DNA of 64,000 nt from Gracilinanus agilis (GCF_016433145.1 NC_058132.1:89811472-89875471), one strand, 5' to 3'. Shown: positions 12,133-24,798, counted from the first letter of the stretch. Numbers and translations: made by a program. Notes: a model not told the origin generated them from the sequence alone.

Positions 12133-13065
12133 CTACTTGACACCTAACCTCCCCAGGACTTTCTCCCGGATCTGCCTCGTCTTCACACAGTACACAATAG
12201 GGTTCATTAGGGGTGGCACCAGCAAGAAGACATCTGCAATGAGGATCAATGCCAGTGGTGACTTCTTACCAAAGCGATGCATAGAGGCCAAAGTAATGAT
12301 GGGTACATAAAAGATGAGAACAGCACAGATATGGGAAACACAAGTGTTGAGGGCCTTGAGCCTTTCTCTGTGTGAACCAATACCCATCACAGTCTTTAGA
12401 ATAAGTACGTATGATATAGCTATGAATACACTGTCAGACATCATACAGAGGGCAACAAAGAATCCGTAGAAAAAGTTGACGGTGTTATCAGAACAGGCTA
12501 ACTTCATCACATCCTGGTGTAGGCAATAAGAATGGGACAAGAGACTTTTCTTACAATATGTCAGCCTCTTTAAAGTGAAGGGAAATGGGAGCACCAAAAG
12601 CATACTCTTAATGACAAAAACTAGTCCCATTTTGTAGACTCTGGCTCCAGTCAGAATAGAGCTATATCTCAGTGGGTTCCAGATGGCTAAAAAACGATCA
12701 AAAGACATGATCAGAAGGACTGAGGACTCCATATCAGTGAAGCCATGGATGAAGAACTCTTGGGCAAAACATGCATTGGGTGAGATTCCTGTGGCATTGA
12801 ATAAGAAGATCCTTAGCATGGTGGGCAGGGAAGAGAGGGACAGACCCAGATCAGATACAGCCAACATGGAAAGAAAATAGTACATGGGCTCATGGAGTGA
12901 AGGCTCTGTCTTGATAATGAAAAGTATGGTACAGTTGCCCAGGATGGCAATTAGGTACATGAGACATATAGGAATTGAAATCCATATATGGAAATGCTCA
13001 AGTCCTGGGATGCCAATCAAGAAGAAGGTGGATATCTCGATATCAGAGAAATTATCAGCTGACAT
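12133..13065 (-). CDS. OR51A7: Class I olfactory receptor, OR51A7-like, intact 310 aa
   Basis: Single-exon 7TM ORF with OR motifs: N-glycan NFS, GN, LHEPMYYFL, MSFDRFLAI, SHSYCLHQD, KALNTCVSH, PPLMNPIVY. Diagnostic stretches ISPNACFAQEFFIHGF and IVYCVKTRQI match recalled human OR51A7. Confidence 0.93.
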   Translation of the reverse strand: MSADNFSDIEISTFFLIGIPGLEHFHIWISIPICLMYLIAILGNCTILFIIKTEPSLHEPMYYFLSMLAVSDLGLSLSSLPTMLRIFLFNATGISPNACFAQEFFIHGFTDMESSVLLIMSFDRFLAIWNPLRYSSILTGARVYKMGLVFVIKSMLLVLPFPFTLKRLTYCKKSLLSHSYCLHQDVMKLACSDNTVNFFYGFFVALCMMSDSVFIAISYVLILKTVMGIGSHRERLKALNTCVSHICAVLIFYVPIITLASMHRFGKKSPLALILIADVFLLVPPLMNPIVYCVKTRQIREKVLGRLGVK

Positions 13066-13092
13066 GACTAATCACAGGATATGGTCAGAGAT

Positions 13093-13115
13093 CTGAAATG
13101 ATAGTCAGAGAGTTG
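13093..13115 (-). promoter_or_regulatory. Splice acceptor 27 nt before the OR51A7-like ATG
   Basis: ctctctgactatcatttcAG|ATCTCTG, exon start 13092. Confidence 0.6.
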
Positions 13116-13806
13116 ATTCTTTGCTCGTTTCTCTACTTTGATAGGTGAGAAGTTTGACAAGGAAAATGATGCTTCTGAAATCCATCTAAACAAAATCAAT
13201 TGGGTTTGAAAATTAAATAAGATATTATTTGTAAGACTCTATATCTTACTGAATGTTAAACTTCTTCAAGAAAAAAAGCTAGATAATTTTTCATCTCTAT
13301 ATTTCCATTTAATTTAAAAATTATAAAATCTTTCAATTAGACATAACATTTGCAACATTTACCTGAAATTTTGAAGAAGCTTTGTTAATTAAAACTCAAT
13401 TTTTGGTAACAGCTATATAAAATCACCATCCAAACTTTATGTCTCATTATGACATGAAGATGAGCCTGCGTTCTCAAAAACTGTATTAGTAAAACATAAT
13501 CTATGATTGATTCTACCTTGGGAAGGGTTATCATGTCATCCCAAAGCAAGATTTAATATGGTTTCTCAGCACCAATCAGAGAGGCTCATTGCCACAAGTA
13601 TAGTGGCTATCTTATCATAGTACTCATGAAATAAAGAAAAATACAAAACAATCCCCAATCCCACAAGATTATTGTTTTTCTTTCTGCATGAATGATGATA
13701 CACTGACCGAAAAGGAGCAGAGGTAACTATCAAATAATTTGTGGGTCCTCTATTCATAGTAAAGTGACTTCTAACACTATAATTATGTCCATTAACCAAT
13801 AAGGGG

Positions 13807-13809
<3 letters not shown>

Positions 13810-13855
<46 letters not shown>
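13810..13855. repeat. (TG)n microsatellite
   Basis: Direct reading. Confidence 0.98.
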
Positions 13856-13858
<3 letters not shown>

Positions 13859-15771
13859 GTAAACTTGGAAATATTTTATTGCATATTATTTTATCTTTTA
13901 TAAGATTTCACATATACATGTAAAAACATGCATATATTTAAATATAGTTACTCTAGTAACTCAATCATATACTTATTAGCATTCTTCTTAGAAATAGTAT
14001 GGGGAGAAAAGAAGTAAAACAGTCCTGTATTAAGAATGGGAACTAACCAATAGAAAGCCCATTTATTCCATTGACATCCATACATTATTAAGAGAATAAG
14101 AAGATGGAGGTTTCCTTTCACTTCTGCAATGATGGTGACATGGTGATGGAAAAGATAAAAATGAGTAAAAATTGTGCATTTTCAAGAATATCTATAAACA
14201 TTAATTTAGCTAAAGGGCTTATAAAAGAAAGATTTTTTCATATAATCAGCCAAATCAATAGGGGGGCTGACTTGTCAATCTCAATATCTCACTATAAATA
14301 AATCCAAAAGATAACTGCAAGTTATATCTAAATGGAAGAATTACATAGAAACTTAGTATTTTCATGCTTCCAAATGGTAATAATGAACATCATGGAACAT
14401 TTAGTTATTGCATATTACAGTGTCCATGATAAATGTTTGAAAAAAAACATACACCATGAAAAAAATTGGAACTTGAAATGATTACCACTGTTGCATAAGA
14501 TAAAGAAGATAAATTCTTACAAGTATTTATTAAAATAATGTGGACTCTTATAAATGAGATCCTGAAATACTTGAAAGAATTTGATCTAACTATCCACAGA
14601 AGAAAAAAATGATTGAAGAATATTTATTTCCCAGACTATATTATAAATTGAAACAAAATGGAAAGAGACTAGCCATAAAACTAGTGTCTGAAGACCTGAG
14701 TTCAAAGCCCACCTCTGATATATACTAGTTGTATGAAAATTGACAAGTCATTTAACCCTGATAAGTCTCTTTAATATAATAAGTATAAGAGATGCTCTTG
14801 ATGTTCATTGCTAGAGGGAATTTCCTAACTTCTAGCTCCCCTGAAAGGATGAAATCAAAGACATGGTTCCCCTAAATAATGCACATGGGTTTAAAAACTT
14901 TTGATTCTGTTAATCAGTACGTATTTCTTAGACAAAAACTGTAAATAGACAATGAGTTTGGTTCTGAATTGAAAGCAAGGAAAATACAAAGTAACATTTT
15001 ATGGGAATTAAGGCAAAATGGGCATTAGGCAAATCACTCAGAATACATAGGATACAGAATGGGGAAATAGAGATATGAAGGGTGGTTCTCAGTTTCATTG
15101 TAAGCAAAAAAAAGAAGAAATTAGCTTAAATCTTAGTAACATTCTGAGGGAAGTTTTCATTTTTGTTTGTCTTGTTTTTGTTTTCAACAGATATTTGGTG
15201 CAGGGAATTCCCAAGAATGAGAGGTTAAGTGACTTTAAAAAAAAAGGTTTACTTGCATGTACCTATCAGAGAGACAGTTAAAACCAGGTGTTATTTATTC
15301 TACAGCTCATTATGCTGCCTGGCTAAATGAGACCACTGAAATATGCAAATAGTTCTGTGATCTCATTGATTTTAGAATTTTTTTCATCTCATTCATACCT
15401 GGGCACAATGTGGGATTTTAGGCCATGTTTTCTGAAAAGTTTAGCATGAAAATTTATTCAACAAGCCTTCCTCGATTTGTTCTGACATCGATATGATAAC
15501 AGTTCAGGACTCACACTCTCTGGTAAGGAGCTCTCATTCTTGCCATATTACCAGCCCCTCTTTCCTTCCTCTCATAAAATTCTTTGAATGCATCTCTTTT
15601 CTTCCTCATATTTTCTCAATGGTCTTTTATAATGGCTAACTCATTCTTATCAAGTCTCTCCATTGTCCTCTATAAGATACTTACCCTGGATTCTTTCTCT
15701 GTGGGCATTTGTTTTCTCTATCTCATCATCTAGATAAATCAGTAAAATGTTAGTATTGAAAATATGGACTT

Positions 15772-15960
15772 GTGACTCAGTGAATTAAGAGCCAGGCCTG
15801 AGACAGGAGGTCCTGGGTTCAAATGTGATCTCAGAAGCTTCCTAGCTGTGGGACCCTGGGCAAGTCACTGAACCCCATTACCTAACCCTTACTGCTCTTC
15901 TGCCTTGGAATCAACACATAGTATTGATTCTAAGTCAGAAAGTAAGGGTTTAAAATAAAA
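15772..15960 (+). mobile_element. Older CORE-SINE
   Basis: ctcagtgaattaagagccaggcctgagacaggaggtcctgggttcaaat..gggcaagtcact..aagggtttaaaa. Confidence 0.88.
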
Positions 15961-16508
15961 GAATCCATGGGCTTTTGTTTAACTAGGAAGTTGAGAACTA
16001 ATTTCTGATTGAGATTAGAATAAAGAAAGCCCTATTCATTATAATTTGAGGGGAAAATAAATTTCTTATATATGAAAAGGGGTGACTAAATCATAGAAAA
16101 GATCTTCAGGGATTCTCTAGCATCCTAGTCATTTTCTAGAGTAAAACAAAGCTAAGACTATAAATTGACTCAGACTAAAATGTCAGTACTGTGAATATTT
16201 CCTATACTCAATTTCATTGCAAGTTAGGAGAATATTCCTACTTTTCCTTTACAGGTTGAAAACCCCTTTAAAGTCATGTAAAAAGGCCTTTAGTGTCACT
16301 TTAACTGAATTCCAAAAAAAAATCCACTTAATGCAAAGTCCTACTATAAGGGATCATATGAATGGGAAAGTTACTTTAATTTAGTATTCAAGGCTGTTAA
16401 TCATAGTAACAATGATAGGAAATTTAATTGACATGTTTGTATATATTACACATTAGGTTACATATGTGTATATATATATACTTATGAAATGTACTTACAT
16501 AAAATAAA

Positions 16509-16513
<5 letters not shown>

Positions 16514-16562
<49 letters not shown>
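16514..16562. repeat. (TA)n microsatellite
   Basis: Direct reading. Confidence 0.98.
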
Positions 16563-16564
<2 letters not shown>

Positions 16565-17333
16565 CTTGAAAGTAGATTCAGCATCTTTATATCTCAAGCT
16601 CCTAATATCTGAACTTCCAGGTAGTAGGCACTTAATAGAGTGGAAGGGAAATTGAAGATGTCCTTTAAGACCCTTAGTGAAGTTTTAATGAAATAGGCTA
16701 AAAAGATCTAATTGAGATTACAGATGTCAAGATACAGAATTGCCCAGAGCAGAGAGATATATTAGAAAATAGAGGGAATAGACATCAGACACACAGAGGG
16801 CTAAGTTCTCATAGCAATGACAGGAAGAAGCTGGTAAGGACAGTAAGGTCTCAGAAATAGACAGTTCTAAAATTCAAATTTCCTCCTTTTCAGGAATCAG
16901 AGAACCTAAAAAGCACCTCAGGCTAATACTAATAAGAGGGGATGTTCTATATTCTAAGCTCTGATGACTAAGAATATTTTGAAGAAACCCTCTAGAGTAA
17001 TTCTCTAGTCACTGAATAGATGATGAGTTTCTTCATTTTTTATTATTTATAGAGTTATGGCTCAGTTTCCCTGCCATTTAGTGTTCCATATTGACTCTGA
17101 GCAGGATCCAAGTTAACCAATTTCCTAACTCCCAACATCACACACACACACACACACACACACACCACACACACACACTTATCACATTTCAATCTATGGC
17201 CCAGAACCATACATTCAGTCTGACATTTCCTTGGAAGCCCCAAGCATAAGCCCCATTATGACTCAGAGATTCCCTTAGAATCCTAAATGAAGTTCTGAGG
17301 ATCCATTTTAGAGCTTTAGAGAACCTTCTAGAA

Positions 17334-17531
17334 TCTCACCTGCTACACCATGAAGAGAAAAAAAAAAGGGTGGTTCAGGCTGGAAGTCTTGCTTTACATT
17401 CTTTCTAACTGTATCCCTCCCTTTGTTTTGTAAAGATTTATCCCCTCTGGGCTCCTCCATTGCTCCTCAGTCTGCAGGGAATTCTTACTCCTCTTAACAC
17501 CTTCTGTAAACAAGGAGTTCTGTCCCATGGG
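17334..17531 (-). promoter_or_regulatory. Candidate promoter and first non-coding exon of the OR51A7-like gene
   Basis: O/E(EBF)-like palindrome TCCCATGGG (17523-17531), 16-mer shared with 462-477, and donor CAG|GTGAGA with exon end at 17340. Confidence 0.5.
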
Positions 17532-18289
17532 CAATTACCTACTGGTAAATACTCAAGAAAAGGACAGTCTCAAGGCCTTAACTTTAACTCTTTGGGATCT
17601 GGGGGTTGGGGTCAGGGACAGGAATGCAACGAAACTTTTGATACAAAATAGCACATTTCCCTCTCATTAGCATTTGTCATCTACTCTGAACCCATGATGC
17701 CTTTGAGGATGCATAATACACAAATGTTATTATGACTCAGATCCAATCCAGAATGATGAATTCAGAGACTTTTTGGGGCTTGTCAGGGCCTTCAAACATT
17801 AATTTCCCCCTTCCTTCCCCAAGGAAATGATTTCCTTTCCCATCATTTAATGTTCACCTTATGTCATCAAAGTCTTACTATGTGCAGAAGCTGTATCAGA
17901 CATCTCAGAAAAACAGTGAGGATAAAGGGAACATTATTTTCTATCAATGGAGTGCTTGTATACACATGGAGGAGAGAAAAATATACAGATAGTATAATCA
18001 CTCAAACAATTACCAATGATTTCAATTCAGATTGTATGCCTCAGGACAGAAAAGAACAGGAATCCTATAGTTATCTACTCTCCCAATATTTTTCAAAAGA
18101 AGGAGGTTTCATAATTTTCCAATCAGAGGAGGACAGCTAATGTGCCTGGAAAGAGACAGGGTGCCATTAAATTTGTTTTTAATAAACATTAAATATCCTG
18201 AGACAATTGGCATAGAGAAGTCAATATTTGATTTATGGCCTCAAAAACCAAGCTATAAGACTAGTAGAAGGTCAGGGTTTTACGTGGAT

Positions 18290-18660
18290 GAAAGTGGCAA
18301 AAGTAACTAGGAAGCAGGTAAGGAGAACAACCAACATGACAAAAGACCTAGAGCTCAGATGTTGTGAGAATTGCGAAAAGGAGCTGGGAGTGTTTAGCTT
18401 GGAGAAAAGAAGTCTGGGAGGGAGGTAATGGCTTTCTTCAAACTTCTAAAGGGCTGTCACCTGGAAAAGGAATTAGACTAGTTCTATTATAGAACCAATG
18501 AAGAAATATCAGAAGAGAAATTAATCTAAGGCAAGTGAATACTTCCTAACAATTAGAACTACCCACTAGCATAATGGGGATCAATGTGAAAGGTGTCCTC
18601 TTCATTAGAGGTCTTCAAATGAAGTCCATACCTCACTTCCCTCAGATATGGATTGAACTG
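18290..18660 (+). mobile_element. L3/CR1 3' fragment
   Basis: gagctgggagtgtttagcttggagaaaagaag..ttcaaacttctaaagggctgtca..cattagaggtcttcaa, typical CR1 RT end. Confidence 0.8.
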
Positions 18661-19155
18661 AATAGTTAGTGCTGTCTCTTACAATGTTGGCACAACATGA
18701 TTCTGCTATGTAATGAATATGATGGGTCTTCATTTGGTATTCCTCATTGCCAGGGATCTAAGATATTTCTTGGCTGCTCCTTGCTGTTTATAAGAGATTT
18801 GGAGAATTGGAGAGTGACATAGAGGACACATTTTCTACTTCCCAATTTCCTGGGAATTTAAGAGTAAAGTATAAAGTAGTCTATTGGTCTTGATTTTCTC
18901 ATGCACAGCATTGTTTCTTGAGAGTCATCCATTCTTTCAATGACATTTACCTTGTGCAGAAATGGGGCAGGAGGAAAAGAAATCATCCCAGTATTTTTTC
19001 TTCTTTCCTATTTGGCCTCCCTCTTTTAATGCTGGTGTTTCTTCTCACTTTTCCTTGTTCATTCTCTCTTCTAGTTAGAAACTCTAGCTATAATTAAGCA
19101 TAGTTCTTTGGGTGGATATTTTATTTTTCTCAATTTCTCAAGTAAGAGAAAAGGT

Positions 19156-19188
<33 letters not shown>

Positions 19189-19464
19189 CTCAGGGAATCA
19201 AAGTGAGCTAAAGGATGATATGATTTTCATGGCCCGTAGAATAGGTGAAAGTTACATAAAAAACAGGCAAAAAATTTTTTCCTGATTTCACTCCTAGTAA
19301 TAAGAGACTATTTTCATGGTATCCTGAAATTTGTATATGAACTAATGAGAATATAATCCTATCTAGTATAACAAACTACAAAAAAACAAAATTTATAAAC
19401 ATGAGAATTGAATTTTGTACACATAGTTTTGTATAAGCTTTTGTTAGTGTGCATTTGTATCTTT

Positions 19465-19960
19465 TTTATTTAAAGATATTTTATTTTCCCAATTATGTAT
19501 AATAAAAAATTTCAACATATGTTTTCTGAAATTACAAAATCCAAATTATCCCCTTCCTTTCCCCCCACCACTTATAGATGGCAATCAATTTGATCTAGGC
19601 CATACAAGTATTATCATGCAAAATACACTTACATATTGGTCATTATTGTAAGAGCACACTCATATAAAACAAAACTCCAAAATAAAACTGTAAATAAATT
19701 GATGTGAAAGATTGTATACTTTTATCTTCATTGGACTTCAAAAGTTCTTTCTTTGAAGGTGGCCAGCATCCTTTGTCATAAATCCTTCAGAATTGTCCTG
19801 GATCATTGCATAGCTGAGAGTAGCTAAGTCTTTCACAGTTGATCACTGTACAATATTGCTCTCACTGGGTACAGTGTTCTCTTGGTTCTGCTTATTTTTC
19901 TCTGTATTAGTTCCTGTAGCTCTTTCCAGATTTTTCTGAAATCATTTGCATATATACTTA
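19465..19960 (-). mobile_element. L1 3' UTR fragment
   Basis: T-rich tail followed by cttcagaattgtcctggatcattgca..ctgtacaatattgctc, antisense L1 3' UTR. Confidence 0.82.
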
Positions 19961-20029
19961 TTTGTTTATGCATTTGTATGTGAATGTAAGACCTTACGGG
20001 AAGCCTTATGTGAATTTCCATAAACGTGG

Positions 20030-20260
20030 GAAAGAGTGTTCTTATACTAGTCTGGAAGTTTGTGACAATGGGTTTGTTATTGAATCATGGGGGCAAATAT
20101 AATGAACTATTAAAAGTGTTCTTTGTGAACACATAGAATGGGAAGTGATGATCATCAGAAGCCAATATGTGGTCATGAACAAAAAGTTATGCCAAATACA
20201 AGTGATTTCTTTGTTTCTGCCTTCAGGATGACTAGACAGGCAGATCAGGGTAATATTATA
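20030..20260 (+). mobile_element. L3/CR1 fragment
   Basis: cagaagccaatatgtggtcatgaacaaaaagttatgcca..gactagacaggcagatcaggg. Confidence 0.6.
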
Positions 20261-20289
20261 AACAGAGTGTGTGCATGAATTCCAACAAC

Positions 20290-21690
20290 TCTACTAATAT
20301 TTATTGAGTATTTACTAATGCATAAGATACTGTGATTAGGTTCCAGGGATCTATAGATAAAAATGATAGAGTACATTTTCTCAAGAAACTCCAATGAGAG
20401 ATATAAAAGATGTATACCCATCAGAATATTTCAAAGAAAAAAGCAATGGAGACAATGAAGAAATACAAAGTGTTCTGAGCATATTTGAAGAGGAGTAAAA
20501 CATTTTTAATTATAAGATTAAGGCAGATTATAAAATAGAGTGGAGTCTTAACTGATTGATATAGATTGGGATAAGGATGATGAAACATAGGGATGATCAG
20601 AGAGTGATTCTAGAAAAAGCTTTATTGAATGCATAAAAGCAAGGAGAGGAATGGCAAATTTGGGGAATAGCTAATGTTGCAGTCTTGTTGAATATATGAT
20701 GTTACTAAGTGAATCAAGAAACATTTTAAAGTACATATTATATTGCAACCACCGTGCATTGGGAAAACAAATAAAAATATAAACATAGTTGCTAATAATA
20801 AAGAGTTCACATTTTATTTATTAGGAGAACATATCTCATAAAAGGAAATAGAAAAGCAGAGGATACAAAGGTACTGGGATATTGTAGAGAAAGTTCTAGG
20901 CAGTAATTTGGCAAGGAATAAAACATTTCTAGCCTGAGCACTCTCCTTCTTCAGTGGAGGTTCTGAGAGGAGCCATATAATCAGAGGGTAAGGACCAAGG
21001 GCAGAGCACATATGAAAGGAAGAAATGTGAAATCAAGTTGGACAGGTGATTTGGAGTCAGGGTGGAGTATTTTAAAATGCTAGTCTAAGAAATTTGTATT
21101 TTATTCTAAAGGAAACAGAGGAGCACTGAAGATTTTTGAAATGGGGAGGGGAAAAGAGAGAGATCGTCAGACCTATGTTTTAGCACTATTATATTGGTAG
21201 TTGTGAGAATCATGGATTCAAGAAATGAGAGGTTGGAGGCAGAAAGAACAATTAATATGTTATTAAAACTGTGCAGGAAACAGACTAGAACTAGAATGAT
21301 GGCTATGTGATTGGAAAGAATGGAATGGATGTAAAAAATATAAATGGAGGGATTACAAGACAGCAACTGATTGGGAAAGGGGAGAATGAGTAGAAGGAAA
21401 AGTCAAGGATGAGGTTTCTTCTGTGGGGAATGGGAAGATGGTACAGTGCTATTAAAAAAAATGGAGGTTAGCTTTAGGCCAGAATGATTACCTGAGCTTT
21501 TAAATGATTCTCTGAAATGCCATGAGCAGAATTGGAGTTCACAAGGGAGATGACAACAGGATTCATGAATTTGAGAATAATCTGTATAAATGTAATAGAT
21601 CAACCCGTAAGTGTGAATGGGAATGAGTACATTGGGTAGAGGGAGGAGAGAAGGAGAAGGACGATAGAGCCTTGGAGGATAAAGTCTATG
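20290..21690 (-). mobile_element. Fragmented L2
   Basis: atatttattgagtatttact..gatactgtg (L2 tail, antisense) and purine-rich L2 body 21010-21690. Confidence 0.7.
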
Positions 21691-22118
21691 ACAGTGGTGA
21701 ATAAAGTCGGGAAGATTATATTAAGGTAGAAAGGCACTGAACATAAAATCACTGATATTTTATATATTTTTTCATTTGAATTCTAACTTATTTAAGGAAG
21801 GAGAGGCTCATCCTCCCTCCCAATCCAGTTGTTTACTTTTTTGAACTATGGCAACTCTTTAACATTGACTAATAAATCATAGAGTTTATGATGTAAGTTA
21901 TTTCAAAGGGGATCCACACAGATGAAATTTTATCTTATGCTGGTTCAGAGTCATTTGTTAAATTTTCAATGTGAATATTTATACCTCATAAAATAGCAAA
22001 TCCTATAAATCAGGACATGATTTATTGTTTTGTTGATTGCTTAGACTTAAGAAAATCTATTGGAAAAAATTTTAGTAACACCGATTAAAGTTAAAAGAAG
22101 GGTGTATCACTCTCCCCT

Positions 22119-22263
22119 NNNNNNNNNNNNNNNNNNNNNNNNNNNNNNNNNNNNNNNNNNNNNNNNNNNNNNNNNNNNNNNNNNNNNNNNNNNNNNNNNN
22201 NNNNNNNNNNNNNNNNNNNNNNNNNNNNNNNNNNNNNNNNNNNNNNNNNNNNNNNNNNNNNNN
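22119..22263. other. Assembly gap (145 N)
   Basis: N run. Confidence 1.
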
Positions 22264-22419
22264 NATCCAAAATATTTTAAAAATTATAATGATTGAGTAC
22301 AGTCTTACTATTGAGTTAAAAATAGCAAAAGTGAAAATGGTGGGAGAAATGTATAGATAGCTTTTCATGTGAAAATTATCTAAACTACAAACTCAACAAG
22401 TCAAAGGATAGAATAACAA

Positions 22420-22600
22420 CCCCCAATTAAGAAAGCAAATGTGTTTTAGGCTGCATTAAGATTCCAATATCCAAAATCAATGATATGATCATCTTGAATG
22501 CTACCCTAAGCAACTAACATCTAGAACATTTCGGTTTTGAAAGCTACACATTTTTAGACTACTGACAATGATGCAAGGAGGAAATTAGATATTTATATGG
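22420..22600 (+). mobile_element. L3/CR1 fragment
   Basis: gcaaatgtgttttaggctgcattaaga..catctagaac. Confidence 0.55.
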
Positions 22601-22730
22601 CACTTTAAAATTTGAAAATTATTCTAAACTTATTGTCTTAAAGTAGAAACTGCTTCATGACAATTCTGTAAGATAGGCATCATAGGTTTTATTTTTTTAT
22701 TTCACAGAAGAGGGCACTGGATAGAATGAA

Positions 22731-22973
22731 ATAACATTTATTAATCACTTACTCTGCACAAAGCACTATGTTCAGCATTTTACAGATATCTCACTTGAGA
22801 CTCACAACTACCTTGTGATACAGGCTCTATTATTATCCCCATTTTATAGTGAAGGAAACTGAGGCAGATAGTATTTAAGTGACAACTCAGAAGCATATGA
22901 AAGCATATTTGAATTCAAGACTTTTTGGACTCCAAGCTCAGCACTATATCCATTGTGCCACCTAGCTGCCTCT
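22731..22973 (-). mobile_element. MAR1/MIR-type SINE
   Basis: attatccccattttatagtgaaggaaactgaggc core and end ccattgtgccacctagctgcctc. Confidence 0.85.
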
Positions 22974-23459
22974 AGGACTGTGATTCTTAGAGATTAAATA
23001 TCTTTTTTATACATATATAATAAGTCATCAGAGAAGAGGCAGGAGAAGAACTTAAACCAAAGCCCTCCTGACTCCAAACTCCTGACTCCAGCACACAGTG
23101 GGATAAGCTGGACTATATGAGAGAGAAGGTATTAAGGGAAGGGGAGAAAAATATAAGCAATTCAATAACACAATCAACTCAAAAAACTTGGCATGATTAG
23201 CCTAGATATGATATAATACTAACACATTTGGGATTGATATAACCCTTATCTTCGTATATCTGAAGGATTCTCATTTAGAAGATAGATTAAACCCGTTCTA
23301 CTTGGATCAAAAATATATAACTGGAAGCAATCAACTATGAATGAGCTATTTATTAAAGCTACATTGAGGTGCCTTTTAGCATAATACAAGGAACCTCTTC
23401 TTACTCTCATTCTTCCCCCATCCCACCTCACACACAATCACTATCACTTCTAAGTCACA

Positions 23460-24410
23460 TCATCTCAGGGCTTCTTTGGTTTGGAGCAGCTTGAGAATAG
23501 CTCGGTAAATTGGTTTGGTTTTTAAGCTGTAAATAATGGGGTTCAGGACAGGAGGGAGTAACAGGTAGATATTGGCCATAATGACAGGAAAAATCCGTGG
23601 GGCAGTGACAAAGAGGCGATGTGTAAGTGACACACTGATCATGGGCACAAAAAATATGGCTACAGCACAAATATGGGACACACAAGTACTGAAGGCCTTT
23701 CGTCGTTCCTTGGGGCAGGTGATGCTTAGTATTGTGCGGAGGATCAGGATGTAGGAGAGGAGGATGAAAATTAAGTCAACACCAGAGTTAGAGAGTAGAA
23801 AAAATAAGCCAATCAGACTACTGAGCCAAGGGTTGGCCGTGGAATGCTTGATAACATCAGAGTGGTAGCAGTAGGGGTGGGATAGCTCATGCCCTTGGTG
23901 GAAGGACAATCCCTTCAAAGCCAGAGCTATTGGGATTAAGGAGACCACTTGCTTCATAAAAATCACCAGACCAATAAGCATGATGGTGGAATTAGTGAGG
24001 ATTGCCGCATACTTTAATGGGTCACAAATGGCCATAAAACGATCAAAGGCCATGGCTAAAAGCACAGACGACTCCAGAAAGGAGAACCCATGTAGAAAGA
24101 ACATCTGGATCATGCAAGCATTGAAGCTGATCTCTTGCAAATCGAACCAGAAGACTCCAAGCATAGTGGGGAGTGTGGTAATCGTTAAGCCTAGATCAGC
24201 AGTTGACAGCATAGACACAAAATAGTACATGGGTTTGTGGAGGCTCCTCTCAGTGATTATCACAAAAAGAATCAGGCAATTTCCCAAAAGAGCAATGACA
24301 TAGAGACAAGAGAAAGGTATGGAGAGCCATGCATGATCACCTTCTAGACCAGGAAAGGCATTGAGGAAGAAGGTTGGGGAGAGGGATGTGGTATTGTTGA
24401 GAAACAGCAT
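23460..24410 (-). CDS. OR51T1: Class I olfactory receptor, OR51T1-like, intact 316 aa (ATG at 24410; the track's GTG start at 24428 is probably UTR)
   Basis: NNTT, LHKPMYYF, MAFDRFMAI, KAFSTCVSH, PPVLNPIIYSLKTK. The unusual ECL2 SFHQGHELSHPYCYH..PW matches recalled human OR51T1 (SFHGGHELSHPFCYH). Confidence 0.92.
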   Translation of the reverse strand: MLFLNNTTSLSPTFFLNAFPGLEGDHAWLSIPFSCLYVIALLGNCLILFVIITERSLHKPMYYFVSMLSTADLGLTITTLPTMLGVFWFDLQEISFNACMIQMFFLHGFSFLESSVLLAMAFDRFMAICDPLKYAAILTNSTIMLIGLVIFMKQVVSLIPIALALKGLSFHQGHELSHPYCYHSDVIKHSTANPWLSSLIGLFFLLSNSGVDLIFILLSYILILRTILSITCPKERRKAFSTCVSHICAVAIFFVPMISVSLTHRLFVTAPRIFPVIMANIYLLLPPVLNPIIYSLKTKPIYRAILKLLQTKEALR

Positions 24411-24429
24411 GGTACGCTGAGAATACACT

Positions 24430-24450
24430 CTGAAAGAGAAGAAAAAAAAT
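24430..24450 (-). promoter_or_regulatory. Splice acceptor 19 nt before the OR51T1-like ATG
   Basis: ttttttttcttctctttcAG|AGTG, exon start 24429. Confidence 0.75.
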
Positions 24451-24627
24451 AGTTTGAGTCCTCATAATATCCCATTTATCATTTATCAGTGACTGCAAGT
24501 GCTTTTACCTTCACAAAACTCTCTCCAATGAATCCAGCTCACCATATCTTCCTTTTCTTCCTTCCTATTACACTTATTGTCTGTAATTCTCACATGTACA
24601 TAATTTAAAAGACATATAAGAGTTTTG

Positions 24628-24798
24628 GGGGGCTAGTTAGGTGGCTCAGGAGATTAAAAACCAGGCCTAGAGACAGGAGATCCTAGATCCTTTCTAGCTG
24701 TGTGACTCTGGACAAATAATTTAATCCCCATTGCCTAGCTCTTACAACTCTTCTACCTTGGAACTAATACACAGTATTCATTCTAATATGGAAGGAAA

